Source of the DNA: an uncultured Prevotellaceae bacterium
GTDB taxonomy: Bacteria; Bacteroidota; Bacteroidia; Bacteroidales; Bacteroidaceae
Length of the DNA stretch: 64,000 bases
Assembly (NCBI GenBank): GCA_902774795.1
Contig: CACYKA010000007.1
Span: 1,338-65,337, forward strand
Reading direction: 5' to 3'
Shown: one piece after another, positions 1 to 8,374 of the stretch
Layout: the number at the start of each line of letters is the position of its first letter
Numbering within the stretch: the stretch's first letter is position 1
Translations under genes and position numbers: made by a program
Notes under the pieces: model-generated
Databases searched by the model: none
Told to the model about the DNA's origin: nothing
What the model saw: only the letters and a program-made list of their open reading frames with translations

Positions 1-356
1 GCGACGCAAAGCAGCAGCTGACACCAGAAGTCTGTGACTATGTTGTCAGCCTCCTCGTATCCCGCGAGAAGACCTTCACTACTGAGGGCATCAAGCAGCT
101 TCGCGTGCAGATTGACCAGATAGACAATGACATCATGGAGTTACTCGGCAAGCGTATGCGTGTATGCCGCGAGATTGGCCAGTACAAGAAGGAGCACAAT
201 ATTCAGGTGCTCCAGACAGGGCGTTACAACGAGATTCTTGACAAGCGCGGAGCACAGGGTTCACTCTTGGGCATGAGCGACAGCTTTGCAAAGGAAATCT
301 TTGAGCACATCCACGAGGAGTCTGTACGCCAGCAATTGGAAATAGTTAAGGGGTAA
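1..356 (+). CDS. Bifunctional DAHP synthase / chorismate mutase type II, 3' part (5' end outside window)
   Basis: The frame is open from nt 3 (DAKQQLTP...) into LRVQIDQIDNDIMELLGKRMRVCREIGQYKK, an AroQ-type chorismate mutase motif. It precedes prephenate dehydrogenase. Confidence 0.85.
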   Translation, partial: DAKQQLTPEVCDYVVSLLVSREKTFTTEGIKQLRVQIDQIDNDIMELLGKRMRVCREIGQYKKEHNIQVLQTGRYNEILDKRGAQGSLLGMSDSFAKEIFEHIHEESVRQQLEIVKG

Positions 357-424
357 AGTTTACCGTTTACAGTTTACTGTTTACAGTATTTTTTCAATTT
401 TCAACTTTCAATTTTCAACTTTAC
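354..424 (+). repeat. Two abutting heptamer arrays: TA(A/C)NGTT x5, then (T/C)TTTCAA x4
   Basis: taaagtt taccgtt tacagtt tactgtt tacagta, then ttttcaa ttttcaa ctttcaa ttttcaa. Fills the gap from stop codon to ATG. Confidence 0.9.
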
Positions 425-1222
425 ATGAAGGTATTGATTTTAGGAGCAGGCAAGATGGGGTCGTTTTTTACTGACCTCCTCAGTTTCGACCACGAGGTGG
501 GAGTATATGAAAAAGACCCTAAGCGTCTGCGTTTCACATACAACTGTCAGCGTTTCACTGACCTTGAGGAGATACGCGCCTTCGAGCCCGAACTGTGCAT
601 CAATGCGGTGACGGTAAAATATACCATTTCCGCCTTCAACGAGGTCATCCCCTACTTGCCGCAGAATTGCATACTCTCCGACATAGCTTCTGTCAAGACG
701 GGGCTCCATGACTTCTACAAGAGCACAGGACGCCGTTTCGTCTCCACCCACCCGATGTTCGGCCCTACCTTCGCCAACCTCAACCAGCTGAGCGAGGAGA
801 ATGCCATCGTCATCAATGAGGGCGACTACATGGGGCGCTGCTTCTTCAAGGACCTTTACAGCAGGCTCGACCTCAACATCTACGAATACTCCTTCGAGGA
901 GCACGATAAGACCGTCGCCTACTCACTGTCTATTCCGTTTGTGAGCACCTTTGTATTCTCAGCCGTTATGAAGCATCAGGATGCACCAGGCACCACCTTC
1001 AAGCGTCATCTGCGCATTGCCAAGGGCGTGCTCAACGAGGACGACTACCTGCTTCAGGAAGTGCTGTTCAACCCCTACACCCACGACCAGGTCGATCAGA
1101 TACGCAAGGAGCTCAAAGACCTCCTCGCCATCATCGACAACAAAGACGCTGCAGGCATGAAGGCCTACCTCACCAAGATACGCTCCAACGTCAAACGCGA
1201 CGTTGAAGCGCTGAAGAGCTAA
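425..1222 (+). CDS. tyrA: Prephenate dehydrogenase
   Basis: Rossmann GAGKMG, plus DIASVK, HPMFGP and EEHD motifs. Confidence 0.9.
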   Translation: MKVLILGAGKMGSFFTDLLSFDHEVGVYEKDPKRLRFTYNCQRFTDLEEIRAFEPELCINAVTVKYTISAFNEVIPYLPQNCILSDIASVKTGLHDFYKSTGRRFVSTHPMFGPTFANLNQLSEENAIVINEGDYMGRCFFKDLYSRLDLNIYEYSFEEHDKTVAYSLSIPFVSTFVFSAVMKHQDAPGTTFKRHLRIAKGVLNEDDYLLQEVLFNPYTHDQVDQIRKELKDLLAIIDNKDAAGMKAYLTKIRSNVKRDVEALKS

Positions 1223-1232
1223 CGAATTATAT

Positions 1233-1269
1233 CTCCCTGCAGGCAATTACACTGTAGGGAGTTTTTTTT
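1233..1269 (+). terminator. Intrinsic terminator after tyrA
   Basis: Stem ctccctgcag/ctgtagggag followed by T8. Confidence 0.85.
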
Positions 1270-1279
1270 GCCTTTTTCT

Positions 1280-1310
1280 TTTGGAGATTAAGAAATTTTT
1301 CGTAACTTTG
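1280..1310 (+). promoter_or_regulatory. Bacteroidota sigma-A promoter of the fic gene
   Basis: TTTG at 1280, 19-nt spacer, TAACTTTG at 1303. Confidence 0.8.
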
Positions 1311-1320
1311 CACCTAGAAG

Positions 1321-2199
1321 GTGATGAGCAAAAAGTCAATACGTTTTTTCAACGACAGAGAGGTTCGTGCCGTTTGGGACGAAGAAAACTCTAAGTGGTG
1401 GTTTTCTGCCACAGATATTGTGCGTGCCATAAACGATGAGGAGGACTATGTGAAGGCTGGTAACTATTGGCGATGGCTGAAAAAGAAGCTCAACACCGAT
1501 GGCATTCAACTCGTGAGCGTCACTCACGACTTCAAATTCCAAGCTCCTGACGGAAAGCAACGTTTTGCTGACGCTTTGGATAGCGATTGTGTACAGACAT
1601 TGGCGGAAAACTATCCCAATAATCGTGCACGTTCGTTTCTCCACTGGTTCACCTATAGTGACAACAGTATTGATGGGCAGAGTAAGAAAAAAGCTTATAC
1701 CCTTATTGAGAGTGGCTTGCTTGACAGTATGAAGCCTGGAACAGTAGAGTGTCTCAAGCAGATTCATGCATATATCTTCGGAGGACTATACGACTTTGCT
1801 GGCCAGATACGTAAGAAGACCATTTGGAAGGATGGTACTCTTTTTTGTCGTGCCGAGTACCTGATGCAGAATCTGAGAATAATCGAGAATATGCCAGAAA
1901 GCACATTCGACGAGATAGTCAGCAAATATGTGGAGATGAACGTTGCCCATCCGTTTATGGAAGGTAATGGTCGCTCTACACGCATTTGGCTTGACTTGAT
2001 ATTCAAGGCGCGACTGAAGCTTTGCGTCGATTGGAGTAAGATAGACAAGAAAGCCTATCTTGCCGCTATGCGACGTAGCACGACGGATGCTCGTGCTATC
2101 AAATCGTTGCTTCAAGGGGCGATGACAGACAAGATAGATGATCGTGAGATGTTTATGAAGGGTATAGACTATTCATACTATTATGAACAATCCGAGTAA
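1321..2199 (+). CDS. fic: Fic-family adenylyltransferase with an N-terminal BRO-N-like domain (class III-like, C-terminal SYYYE helix)
   Basis: HPFMEGNGRSTR Fic motif. The C-terminal SYYYEQ resembles the NmFic inhibitory helix. Confidence 0.88.
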   Translation: MMSKKSIRFFNDREVRAVWDEENSKWWFSATDIVRAINDEEDYVKAGNYWRWLKKKLNTDGIQLVSVTHDFKFQAPDGKQRFADALDSDCVQTLAENYPNNRARSFLHWFTYSDNSIDGQSKKKAYTLIESGLLDSMKPGTVECLKQIHAYIFGGLYDFAGQIRKKTIWKDGTLFCRAEYLMQNLRIIENMPESTFDEIVSKYVEMNVAHPFMEGNGRSTRIWLDLIFKARLKLCVDWSKIDKKAYLAAMRRSTTDARAIKSLLQGAMTDKIDDREMFMKGIDYSYYYEQSE

Positions 2200-2279
2200 G
2201 CGAGAGTAGAGCCAAACCACGTTTGCACTATGCCGAGCGCGAGGATTGTCGAACGAAGTTCAACAATCCGAGTAAGCGA
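2186..2279 (+). mobile_element. 76-bp palindromic insertion with an 18-bp direct duplication
   Basis: aacaatccgagtaagcga at 2186-2203 and 2262-2279. Internal hairpins caaac/gtttg and ggattgt...acaatcc. Confidence 0.65.
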
Positions 2280-2368
2280 TTGCCAGAAATAGCCGTGTTA
2301 ACTTGGAAAATTATGGGGGTTTAAGGTGTAAGAATGAGCAAGGCAGAAAAATGATTATGACTGTACAT

Positions 2369-2463
2369 AAAAATGGACCTATGGTTCGTGAGGCATTTAT
2401 ACCGGTTTCGTGAGTCAATTAAGCCTGCTTAGTTGGGCCACGAACTATAGGTTCATATTTTTT
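2369..2463 (+). repeat. Long imperfect hairpin enclosing ~22-bp degenerate repeats
   Basis: atggacctatggttcgtg pairs with cacgaactataggttcat (two G-U pairs on the + strand). Internal ttcgtgag is repeated. Confidence 0.7.
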
Positions 2464-2554
2464 CCTTAAAAAAAGGTGTCTCTTTTGGGGCGAGCCAAGT
2501 TTTTGTGGCACAACGAGGAAAGAGAATCAGGTGGAGTTTCTGACCAAAAAACTA

Positions 2555-2601
2555 CAAAATTTTTGCAACCTAACTAGGGCGCAAAATTTTCCTAACTAGG
2601 G
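2555..2601. repeat. Direct repeat CCTAACTAGGG x2, 22-bp period
   Basis: Copies at 2569-2579 and 2591-2601, each with caaaatttt shortly upstream. Confidence 0.75.
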
Positions 2602-2639
2602 AAAAAAGATGGCTGATGTATGATGTCAGATAAAAATAT

Positions 2640-2682
2640 TTCCGCACTTTTTTGGGAGAGTGCGGAATTTTTTGTATCTTCG
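2640..2682 (+). promoter_or_regulatory. Promoter of the DUF4251 gene with an overlapping inverted repeat
   Basis: TTTG at 2651 and TATCTTCG at 2675. ttccgcact/agtgcggaa straddles the -33 box. Confidence 0.6.
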
Positions 2683-2708
2683 CAGCCGATATAACATAGA
2701 ATTGCAAT

Positions 2709-3206
2709 ATGAAACAGAAAGGTATTTTTATCGTGATGGTGGCGATGATGATGATTACGAGCTGCGCCACACAACAGCAAAAGGCTGAGAGGGAAGCAGA
2801 GATGCAAAAGGCTGTAACTGAGGCTATTGCATCGAAAAAGCTACACATCAACATCAAGTCCATGAACACCCTGCGCTATGGAGTGAAGACGGTGGCACCT
2901 GACTTTTTCCTGGAGCTGAGAGGCGATACGCTGCAGAGCTATCTGCCATATATGGGACAGGCTCATACGGCGCCGATGATGTCTCCTTCAGTAGGGCTGA
3001 ATTTTGAGGAGCGCGTGCATAACTATCTGGTGAGCAAACTCAAGGTGGGCAGGACGCAGATAGAGCTTGACGTAAAGACCGAGGAAGACTCATATCATTA
3101 TTTCATCGATGTGTATGACAGTGGCGACACTTACATATACGTAAAACCGCTGAATCGCGACCCAATAAGCTTCGATGGATTCGTTGACGCATCATTTAGG
3201 AGGTGA
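2709..3206 (+). CDS. DUF4251 family lipoprotein
   Basis: Lipobox ITSC and the motif GDTLQSYLPYMGQA. Confidence 0.8.
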   Translation: MKQKGIFIVMVAMMMITSCATQQQKAEREAEMQKAVTEAIASKKLHINIKSMNTLRYGVKTVAPDFFLELRGDTLQSYLPYMGQAHTAPMMSPSVGLNFEERVHNYLVSKLKVGRTQIELDVKTEEDSYHYFIDVYDSGDTYIYVKPLNRDPISFDGFVDASFRR

Positions 3207-3240
3207 TTTTTTACAAAAAATCATAAAAAAGAACGTTTTG

Positions 3241-3272
3241 TTTGGTTTATTGCGTAAAAAATCGTAACTTCG
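3241..3272 (+). promoter_or_regulatory. Promoter of the yicC operon
   Basis: TTTG at 3241, 20-nt spacer, TAACTTCG. Confidence 0.65.
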
Positions 3273-3304
3273 CACGCAAAATTGATGTACTAGAAGATTG
3301 AAAA

Positions 3305-4213
3305 ATGATATTGTCAATGACTGGCTTTGGTAAAGCCGTAAAAAAATACCAGGACAAGACTATTCATGCAGAGATTAAGGCGCTGAACTCCAAGTCTCTG
3401 GACTGCTCCATGCGCATAGCTCCAGCTTATCGCGAGAAAGAGACGGAGATACGCAAGGCTATACAGGACAGCGCCGTGAGGGGAAAGATTGACTTCTCGC
3501 TCTGGATAGAGAAAGACGCTACAGCCGAGGCTGCCCATATAAACACAGAACTGGCAAAGAACTATTACGAGCAGATAAAGACCATGACGCAGGAACTGGG
3601 CATTGAGGGCTCCAACCTCCTGTCGGTCATAATGCGCATGCCTGAGGTGATAACGACCAGCGACGAGACGGCAACTGAGCTGTCAGAGGAAGAATGGAAC
3701 ATTGCCCGCGAGGCCATTACAGAGGCACTGAACGAGCTGACGGAGTTCCGCAAGCAGGAGGGTGCTGCGCTGCGCAAGAAGTTTGAAGAGAAGTTGGACA
3801 ACATCGCCGGCCTCATGGCTGCCATTGAGCCATACGAGCAGGGCAGAGTGGAGAAGATACGCCAGCGCCTCATCGACAGGCTGCAGAGCATACCTGAAAT
3901 AGAATACGACCGCAACCGCCTGGAGCAGGAGATGATTTTCTATCTTGAGAAGCTCGACATCTCGGAAGAGAAGCAGCGTCTGGCAAACCACATCAAATAT
4001 TTCCGCGAGACAATGGACGAACCCTGGCAGCCGACTGCCGAGGGAGGAAAGAGTCAGGGCGTAGGCAAGAAACTCGGCTTCATTGCTCAGGAGATGGGAC
4101 GTGAGATAAACACTACCGGCTCGAAGAGCAATCAGGCAGAGATGCAGAACCTCGTGGTGCAGATGAAGGACGAACTGGAACAGATTAAGGAGCAGGTGCT
4201 GAATGTGCTGTAA
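3305..4213 (+). CDS. yicC: YicC/YloC family endoribonuclease
   Basis: SMTGFG N-terminus, GKKLGFIAQEMGREINTTGSK, and KEQVLNVL end. Confidence 0.92.
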   Translation: MILSMTGFGKAVKKYQDKTIHAEIKALNSKSLDCSMRIAPAYREKETEIRKAIQDSAVRGKIDFSLWIEKDATAEAAHINTELAKNYYEQIKTMTQELGIEGSNLLSVIMRMPEVITTSDETATELSEEEWNIAREAITEALNELTEFRKQEGAALRKKFEEKLDNIAGLMAAIEPYEQGRVEKIRQRLIDRLQSIPEIEYDRNRLEQEMIFYLEKLDISEEKQRLANHIKYFRETMDEPWQPTAEGGKSQGVGKKLGFIAQEMGREINTTGSKSNQAEMQNLVVQMKDELEQIKEQVLNVL

Positions 4214-4273
4214 GTCGCGCCTATCGAAATAACGACATATCGACATATCGAAATAACGACAAAAAGCGCGACT
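4213..4273 (+). repeat. Stem-clamped octamer element, copy 1
   Basis: agtcgcgc/gcgcgact stem around A(T/A)CGA(A/C)AT repeats. The 43-bp core is identical to copy 2. Confidence 0.9.
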
Positions 4274-4287
4274 AAATATTAATATTA

Positions 4288-4983
4288 ATGGCGATAATAC
4301 TGAATATTGAGACAAGTACGGATGTTTGCAGCGTGGCGCTGACGAAGGACGGACACTGCATCTGGGACAAGGAGGACCACGGCGACGGACATTCGTCGAA
4401 GGCGGCGGAACTGCTGCCGGAATTTGTTGACGAGGCAATGGAGCAGCTGATGTCGAACGAGAAGCTTGACGCTGTTGCCATCAGCGGCGGTCCTGGTTCA
4501 TACACAGGCCTGCGCATAGGCATGTCGATGGCGAAAGGTCTCGCCTACGGCTCTGACGCCAAGCTGATAGCCGTCTCTTCTTTGGAAGTGATGTGCGTGC
4601 CAATACTGCTGGGACGCGAGCTGGAGGATGACGCGCTGCTGTGCCCCATGATAGACGCAAGGCGGATGGAAGTGTTCGCTGCCATATACGACAGGGCCCT
4701 GACACCTGTGCGCAAGACACAGGCTGACATAGTGGAGGCTGACACCTATAAGGAGTTCCTGGATGAGCACCCTGTATATTTCCTTGGCAACGGAGCCACA
4801 AAATGCAAGGAGGTGATAACACACCCCAACGCTCACTTTATCGAAAACATCGCACCCTTGGCACGCCACATGATGCCGCTGGCAGAGAAGCGATACCACA
4901 AGGATCAGTTTGAGGACGTAGCATACTACGTGCCCGACTACGGAAAAGAATACGAAGCAAAATTACCAAAAAAATTATTATAA
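4288..4983 (+). CDS. tsaB: tRNA threonylcarbamoyladenosine biosynthesis protein TsaB
   Basis: IETST, GPGSYTGLRIG and IDARRMEV motifs. Confidence 0.93.
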   Translation: MAIILNIETSTDVCSVALTKDGHCIWDKEDHGDGHSSKAAELLPEFVDEAMEQLMSNEKLDAVAISGGPGSYTGLRIGMSMAKGLAYGSDAKLIAVSSLEVMCVPILLGRELEDDALLCPMIDARRMEVFAAIYDRALTPVRKTQADIVEADTYKEFLDEHPVYFLGNGATKCKEVITHPNAHFIENIAPLARHMMPLAEKRYHKDQFEDVAYYVPDYGKEYEAKLPKKLL

Positions 4984-4986
4984 AAT

Positions 4987-5265
4987 ATGAATTTACAAGG
5001 ACTGGATTACAACACAGAAAGAAGGCGCATACCAGTACGCCATTACGGACGCCTGCTGTTCGAAGTGTTCGAGAAACTGATAGACATGCCCGAAGGCGAA
5101 GAGCGCACTGCCCTGACACAGCTTACTGTATGCCAGATGTACCGCGACCTCATGACATGGGGCATGGGTACGGTGGATGCAGAGAAGGTGGCTAGCGACC
5201 TGGCTCACTTCACCAACGGAAAGATACAGCTTACCGCCAAAGAGGTGGAAGGGATGATTGGGTGA
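4987..5265 (+). CDS. DUF4290 family protein, apparently half length
   Basis: LDYNTER start joined directly to RHYGRLL. Position just upstream of murA is typical for the family. Confidence 0.7.
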   Translation: MNLQGLDYNTERRRIPVRHYGRLLFEVFEKLIDMPEGEERTALTQLTVCQMYRDLMTWGMGTVDAEKVASDLAHFTNGKIQLTAKEVEGMIG

Positions 5266-5267
5266 AA

Positions 5268-5324
5268 TGCGCCCATCGAAATAACGACATATCGACATAT
5301 CGAAATAACGACAAAAAAGGCGCA
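5268..5324 (+). repeat. Stem-clamped octamer element, copy 2
   Basis: tgcgcc/ggcgca stem. Core 5275-5317 is identical to 4223-4265. Confidence 0.9.
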
Positions 5325-5326
5325 AT

Positions 5327-6649
5327 ATGACGGACAAATTTATCATAGAGGGCGGTCATAGGCTGAAGGGTGACATCATTCCGCAGGGGGCTAAGAACGA
5401 GGCCTTGCAGGTGATATGTGCCACACTGCTGACAAAGGAGCCTGTTACGATAAGCAACGTGCCCAACATACTTGACGTCAACAACCTCATCAAACTGCTG
5501 AAGAAGGTTGGCGTGAAAGTAAGGGGGAGTAAACAGAAGGATATGGGGAACAGAACATATACCTTCCAGGCAGACAATCTTGACCTTGAATACCTCGCCT
5601 CAGATGAGTTTGTCCAGAAATGTGCCCAGCTCAGGGGGTCGGTGATGATGATCGGTCCGCTGCTCGGCCGATACGGCAGGGCTACAGTTGCCAAGCCCGG
5701 CGGCGACAAGATAGGACGTCGACGTCTCGACACGCACTTCATGGGTTTCCATGCCCTCGGAGCAACATACACGAAAGCAAAGGGACGCAATGTCTATGAG
5801 CTGAAAGCGAAGAAACTGAACGGCTGTTATATGCTTTTGGACGAGGCTTCCGTAACAGGTACGGCAAACATCATCATGGCTGCCGTCCTTGCCGAAGGTA
5901 CCACGACCATCTATAACGCTGCCTGCGAACCGTACATACAGCAGCTTTGCCACATGCTGAACAGGATGGGAGCAACCATCAGCGGCATTGGAAGCAATCT
6001 GCTGACCATCGTAGGAACAGATTCGCTGAAGGGAACAGAGCACAAGTTGCTGCCCGACATGATTGAAGTGGGTTCGTTCATCGCCATGGCAGCAATGGTG
6101 GGCGACGGCATCAGGATAAAGGGCGCTTCTATAAGGAACCTCGGCATTATCCCTGACACTTTCCGCAGACTGGGTATCACCGTTGAGGAGGAAGGTGACG
6201 ACCTCTACGTTCCCAAACACGAGAAATACCAGATTGACTCATTCATAGACGGCACCATAATGACCATCAGCGATGCCCCTTGGCCAGGTTTGACGCCTGA
6301 CTTGCTCAGCGTGCTGCTGGTAGTTGCCACACAGGCAGAGGGCTGCGTACTGTTCCACCAGAAGATGTTTGAAAGCAGGTTGTTCTTCGTGGATAAGCTT
6401 ATCGACATGAATGCCCAGATAATACTGTGCGACCCTCACAGGGCTGTCGTTATAGGCCACAACCACACAAGGAACCTGCGTGCTGCCCGCATGTCAAGTC
6501 CAGACATACGTGCCGGCATAGCCCTGCTGATAGCAGCAATGTCTGCTGACGGCATATCCGAGATTAGCAACATCGCACAGATTGACAGGGGCTACGAGAA
6601 CATAGAAGGACGCCTGAATGCCCTCGGAGCGAAAATAAGGAGGGAGTAA
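5327..6649 (+). CDS. murA: UDP-N-acetylglucosamine 1-carboxyvinyltransferase
   Basis: GAKN, PGGDKIGRR (Asp at the catalytic Cys position), PDIRAG and IDRGYE motifs. Confidence 0.95.
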   Translation: MTDKFIIEGGHRLKGDIIPQGAKNEALQVICATLLTKEPVTISNVPNILDVNNLIKLLKKVGVKVRGSKQKDMGNRTYTFQADNLDLEYLASDEFVQKCAQLRGSVMMIGPLLGRYGRATVAKPGGDKIGRRRLDTHFMGFHALGATYTKAKGRNVYELKAKKLNGCYMLLDEASVTGTANIIMAAVLAEGTTTIYNAACEPYIQQLCHMLNRMGATISGIGSNLLTIVGTDSLKGTEHKLLPDMIEVGSFIAMAAMVGDGIRIKGASIRNLGIIPDTFRRLGITVEEEGDDLYVPKHEKYQIDSFIDGTIMTISDAPWPGLTPDLLSVLLVVATQAEGCVLFHQKMFESRLFFVDKLIDMNAQIILCDPHRAVVIGHNHTRNLRAARMSSPDIRAGIALLIAAMSADGISEISNIAQIDRGYENIEGRLNALGAKIRRE

Positions 6650-6688
6650 AGGTTAAAGGTTAAAGGTTATAGGTTATAGATTGTAGAG
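6647..6688 (+). repeat. Heptamer array starting at the murA stop codon
   Basis: taaaggt x3, tataggt, tatagat. Confidence 0.85.
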
Positions 6689-6692
6689 TGTT

Positions 6693-7205
6693 TTGATTAA
6701 GCAAGAGGAGGTATATAAGATTGGCCGGCTGGGCAAGGCGCACGGCATTAAGGGCGAAGTGACGATGCAGGTGGATGATGACATCTTCGACTGCACCGAA
6801 GCGGAATATCTTGTGCTGGAGCTGGACAACATCATGGTGCCCTTCTTCATCGAAGAATACTTCTTCAAGTCAGACACCCAGGCCGTAATAAAATTCGAAG
6901 GCATCGACTCCCTGGAGAGGGCGAGGGAGTTAGCAAACACTGACGTATTCTTTCCCATAAGCATAATGGAAGAATACAACAAGAATGCAGGAGCAGAAGA
7001 GAGATCACTCTCCTACCCCATGCTTGTGGGATATATGGTCAATGACATAGGGAAGATAGCATACATCGACAATCAGACGGCGAACATCATGTTTGAACTG
7101 GAGGACGGTACGCTGATACCTGCTGCCGAAGAACTGATTGAAGACATCGACATAGAAAACAAACAAATTAAAATGACAATTCCGGAGGGATTGCTTGATA
7201 TATGA
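6693..7205 (+). CDS. rimM: Ribosome maturation factor RimM
   Basis: IGRLGKAHGIKGEV and C-terminal IPEGLLD. TTG start. Confidence 0.92.
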   Translation: MIKQEEVYKIGRLGKAHGIKGEVTMQVDDDIFDCTEAEYLVLELDNIMVPFFIEEYFFKSDTQAVIKFEGIDSLERARELANTDVFFPISIMEEYNKNAGAEERSLSYPMLVGYMVNDIGKIAYIDNQTANIMFELEDGTLIPAAEELIEDIDIENKQIKMTIPEGLLDI

Positions 7206-8374
7206 AACAACAGATATGCATATTAGGCTCGACGGGTTCGATAGGTACTCAGGCGCTGGAAGTTATATCCGAACACAGCGACCGCTTTGAAGCCTACTGT
7301 CTGACAGCCAACAATAAAGTGGAACTGCTTGCCGAACAGGCACGGAAATACAAACCAGCATGCGTGGTCATTGCCAATGAGGACAAATATGACGAACTGA
7401 AGACGCTGCTTGACGACTGCCCTGACATCAAGGTTTATGCAGGAGCACAGGCTCTGTGCGAAGTGGTGCAGGCAGAACCGATAGACATGGTGCTCACCGC
7501 TATGGTAGGCTTTGCAGGTCTGGCACCCACCATCGCTGCCATCAAGGCGAGAAAGAAGATATGCCTTGCCAACAAGGAGACCCTCGTTGTAGCTGGCGAC
7601 CTCATAAACGACCTCATACAGGAATACGGCTCTCCACATGGGAACGCAAAGGGTGCAAGCATCCTGCCCGTTGACTCGGAGCACAGTGCCATATTCCAAA
7701 GCATCGTAGGCGAAGCAGGCAATGAGATAGAGAAGATACTGCTGACAGCATCAGGCGGCCCGTTCCGTCTCAAGACTCTTGACGAGATGAAGACGATGAC
7801 AGCCGCTGACGCTCTGAAACACCCTACATGGGACATGGGAGCAAAGATAACAATCGACTCTGCCTCGATGATGAACAAAGGCTTTGAGGTGATAGAGGCA
7901 AAATGGCTGTTTGGCGTTGATGCCGACAAGATACAGGTGCTAGTTCACCCACAGAGCATTATACACAGCGCAGTACAATTCAAGGACGGCGCAGTAAAAG
8001 CCCAGCTCGGCGTGCCCGACATGCGTCTGCCGATACAATATGCCTTCACATATCCTGACCGACTCACTATGAGCGGCGAGAGACTGGACTTTTTCAAGCA
8101 GCCGTTGGAGTTCTTCGAGCCCGACCTTGAGAAATTCAAATGTCTTGCACTGGCCTTTGAGGCTATCAGGAGAGGAGGAAATGCATGCTGCGTAGTAAAT
8201 GCCGCAAACGAAATCGTGAACCTCGCCTTCAGACAGGGAAGAATCGGATTCCTTGACATGGGAGACATTATCGAGAAGACACTCGAACGTGCAACAGTAA
8301 TAAAGAAACCAACATACGAAGATTATATTAACAGTGATAACGAAGCTAGGAAAATAGCAACAGAATTATTATGA
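7202..8374 (+). CDS. dxr: 1-deoxy-D-xylulose-5-phosphate reductoisomerase
   Basis: LGSTGSIG, LANKETLV, PVDSEH and TASGGPF motifs. Confidence 0.96.
   Translation: MKQQICILGSTGSIGTQALEVISEHSDRFEAYCLTANNKVELLAEQARKYKPACVVIANEDKYDELKTLLDDCPDIKVYAGAQALCEVVQAEPIDMVLTAMVGFAGLAPTIAAIKARKKICLANKETLVVAGDLINDLIQEYGSPHGNAKGASILPVDSEHSAIFQSIVGEAGNEIEKILLTASGGPFRLKTLDEMKTMTAADALKHPTWDMGAKITIDSASMMNKGFEVIEAKWLFGVDADKIQVLVHPQSIIHSAVQFKDGAVKAQLGVPDMRLPIQYAFTYPDRLTMSGERLDFFKQPLEFFEPDLEKFKCLALAFEAIRRGGNACCVVNAANEIVNLAFRQGRIGFLDMGDIIEKTLERATVIKKPTYEDYINSDNEARKIATELL

Noticed and set aside
3683-5346. Antisense ORFs sharing the peptide FCRYFDMSICRYFD
   Set aside because: The shared peptide comes from the duplicated 43-bp octamer core, not from real paralogs.
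5327-6649. MurA Cys-to-Asp variant (fosfomycin insensitivity)
   Set aside because: This is the usual state in Bacteroidales, so not new.
7620-7660. Extra loop GSPHGNAKG in Dxr as another palindromic insertion
   Set aside because: No convincing inverted repeat in the DNA.
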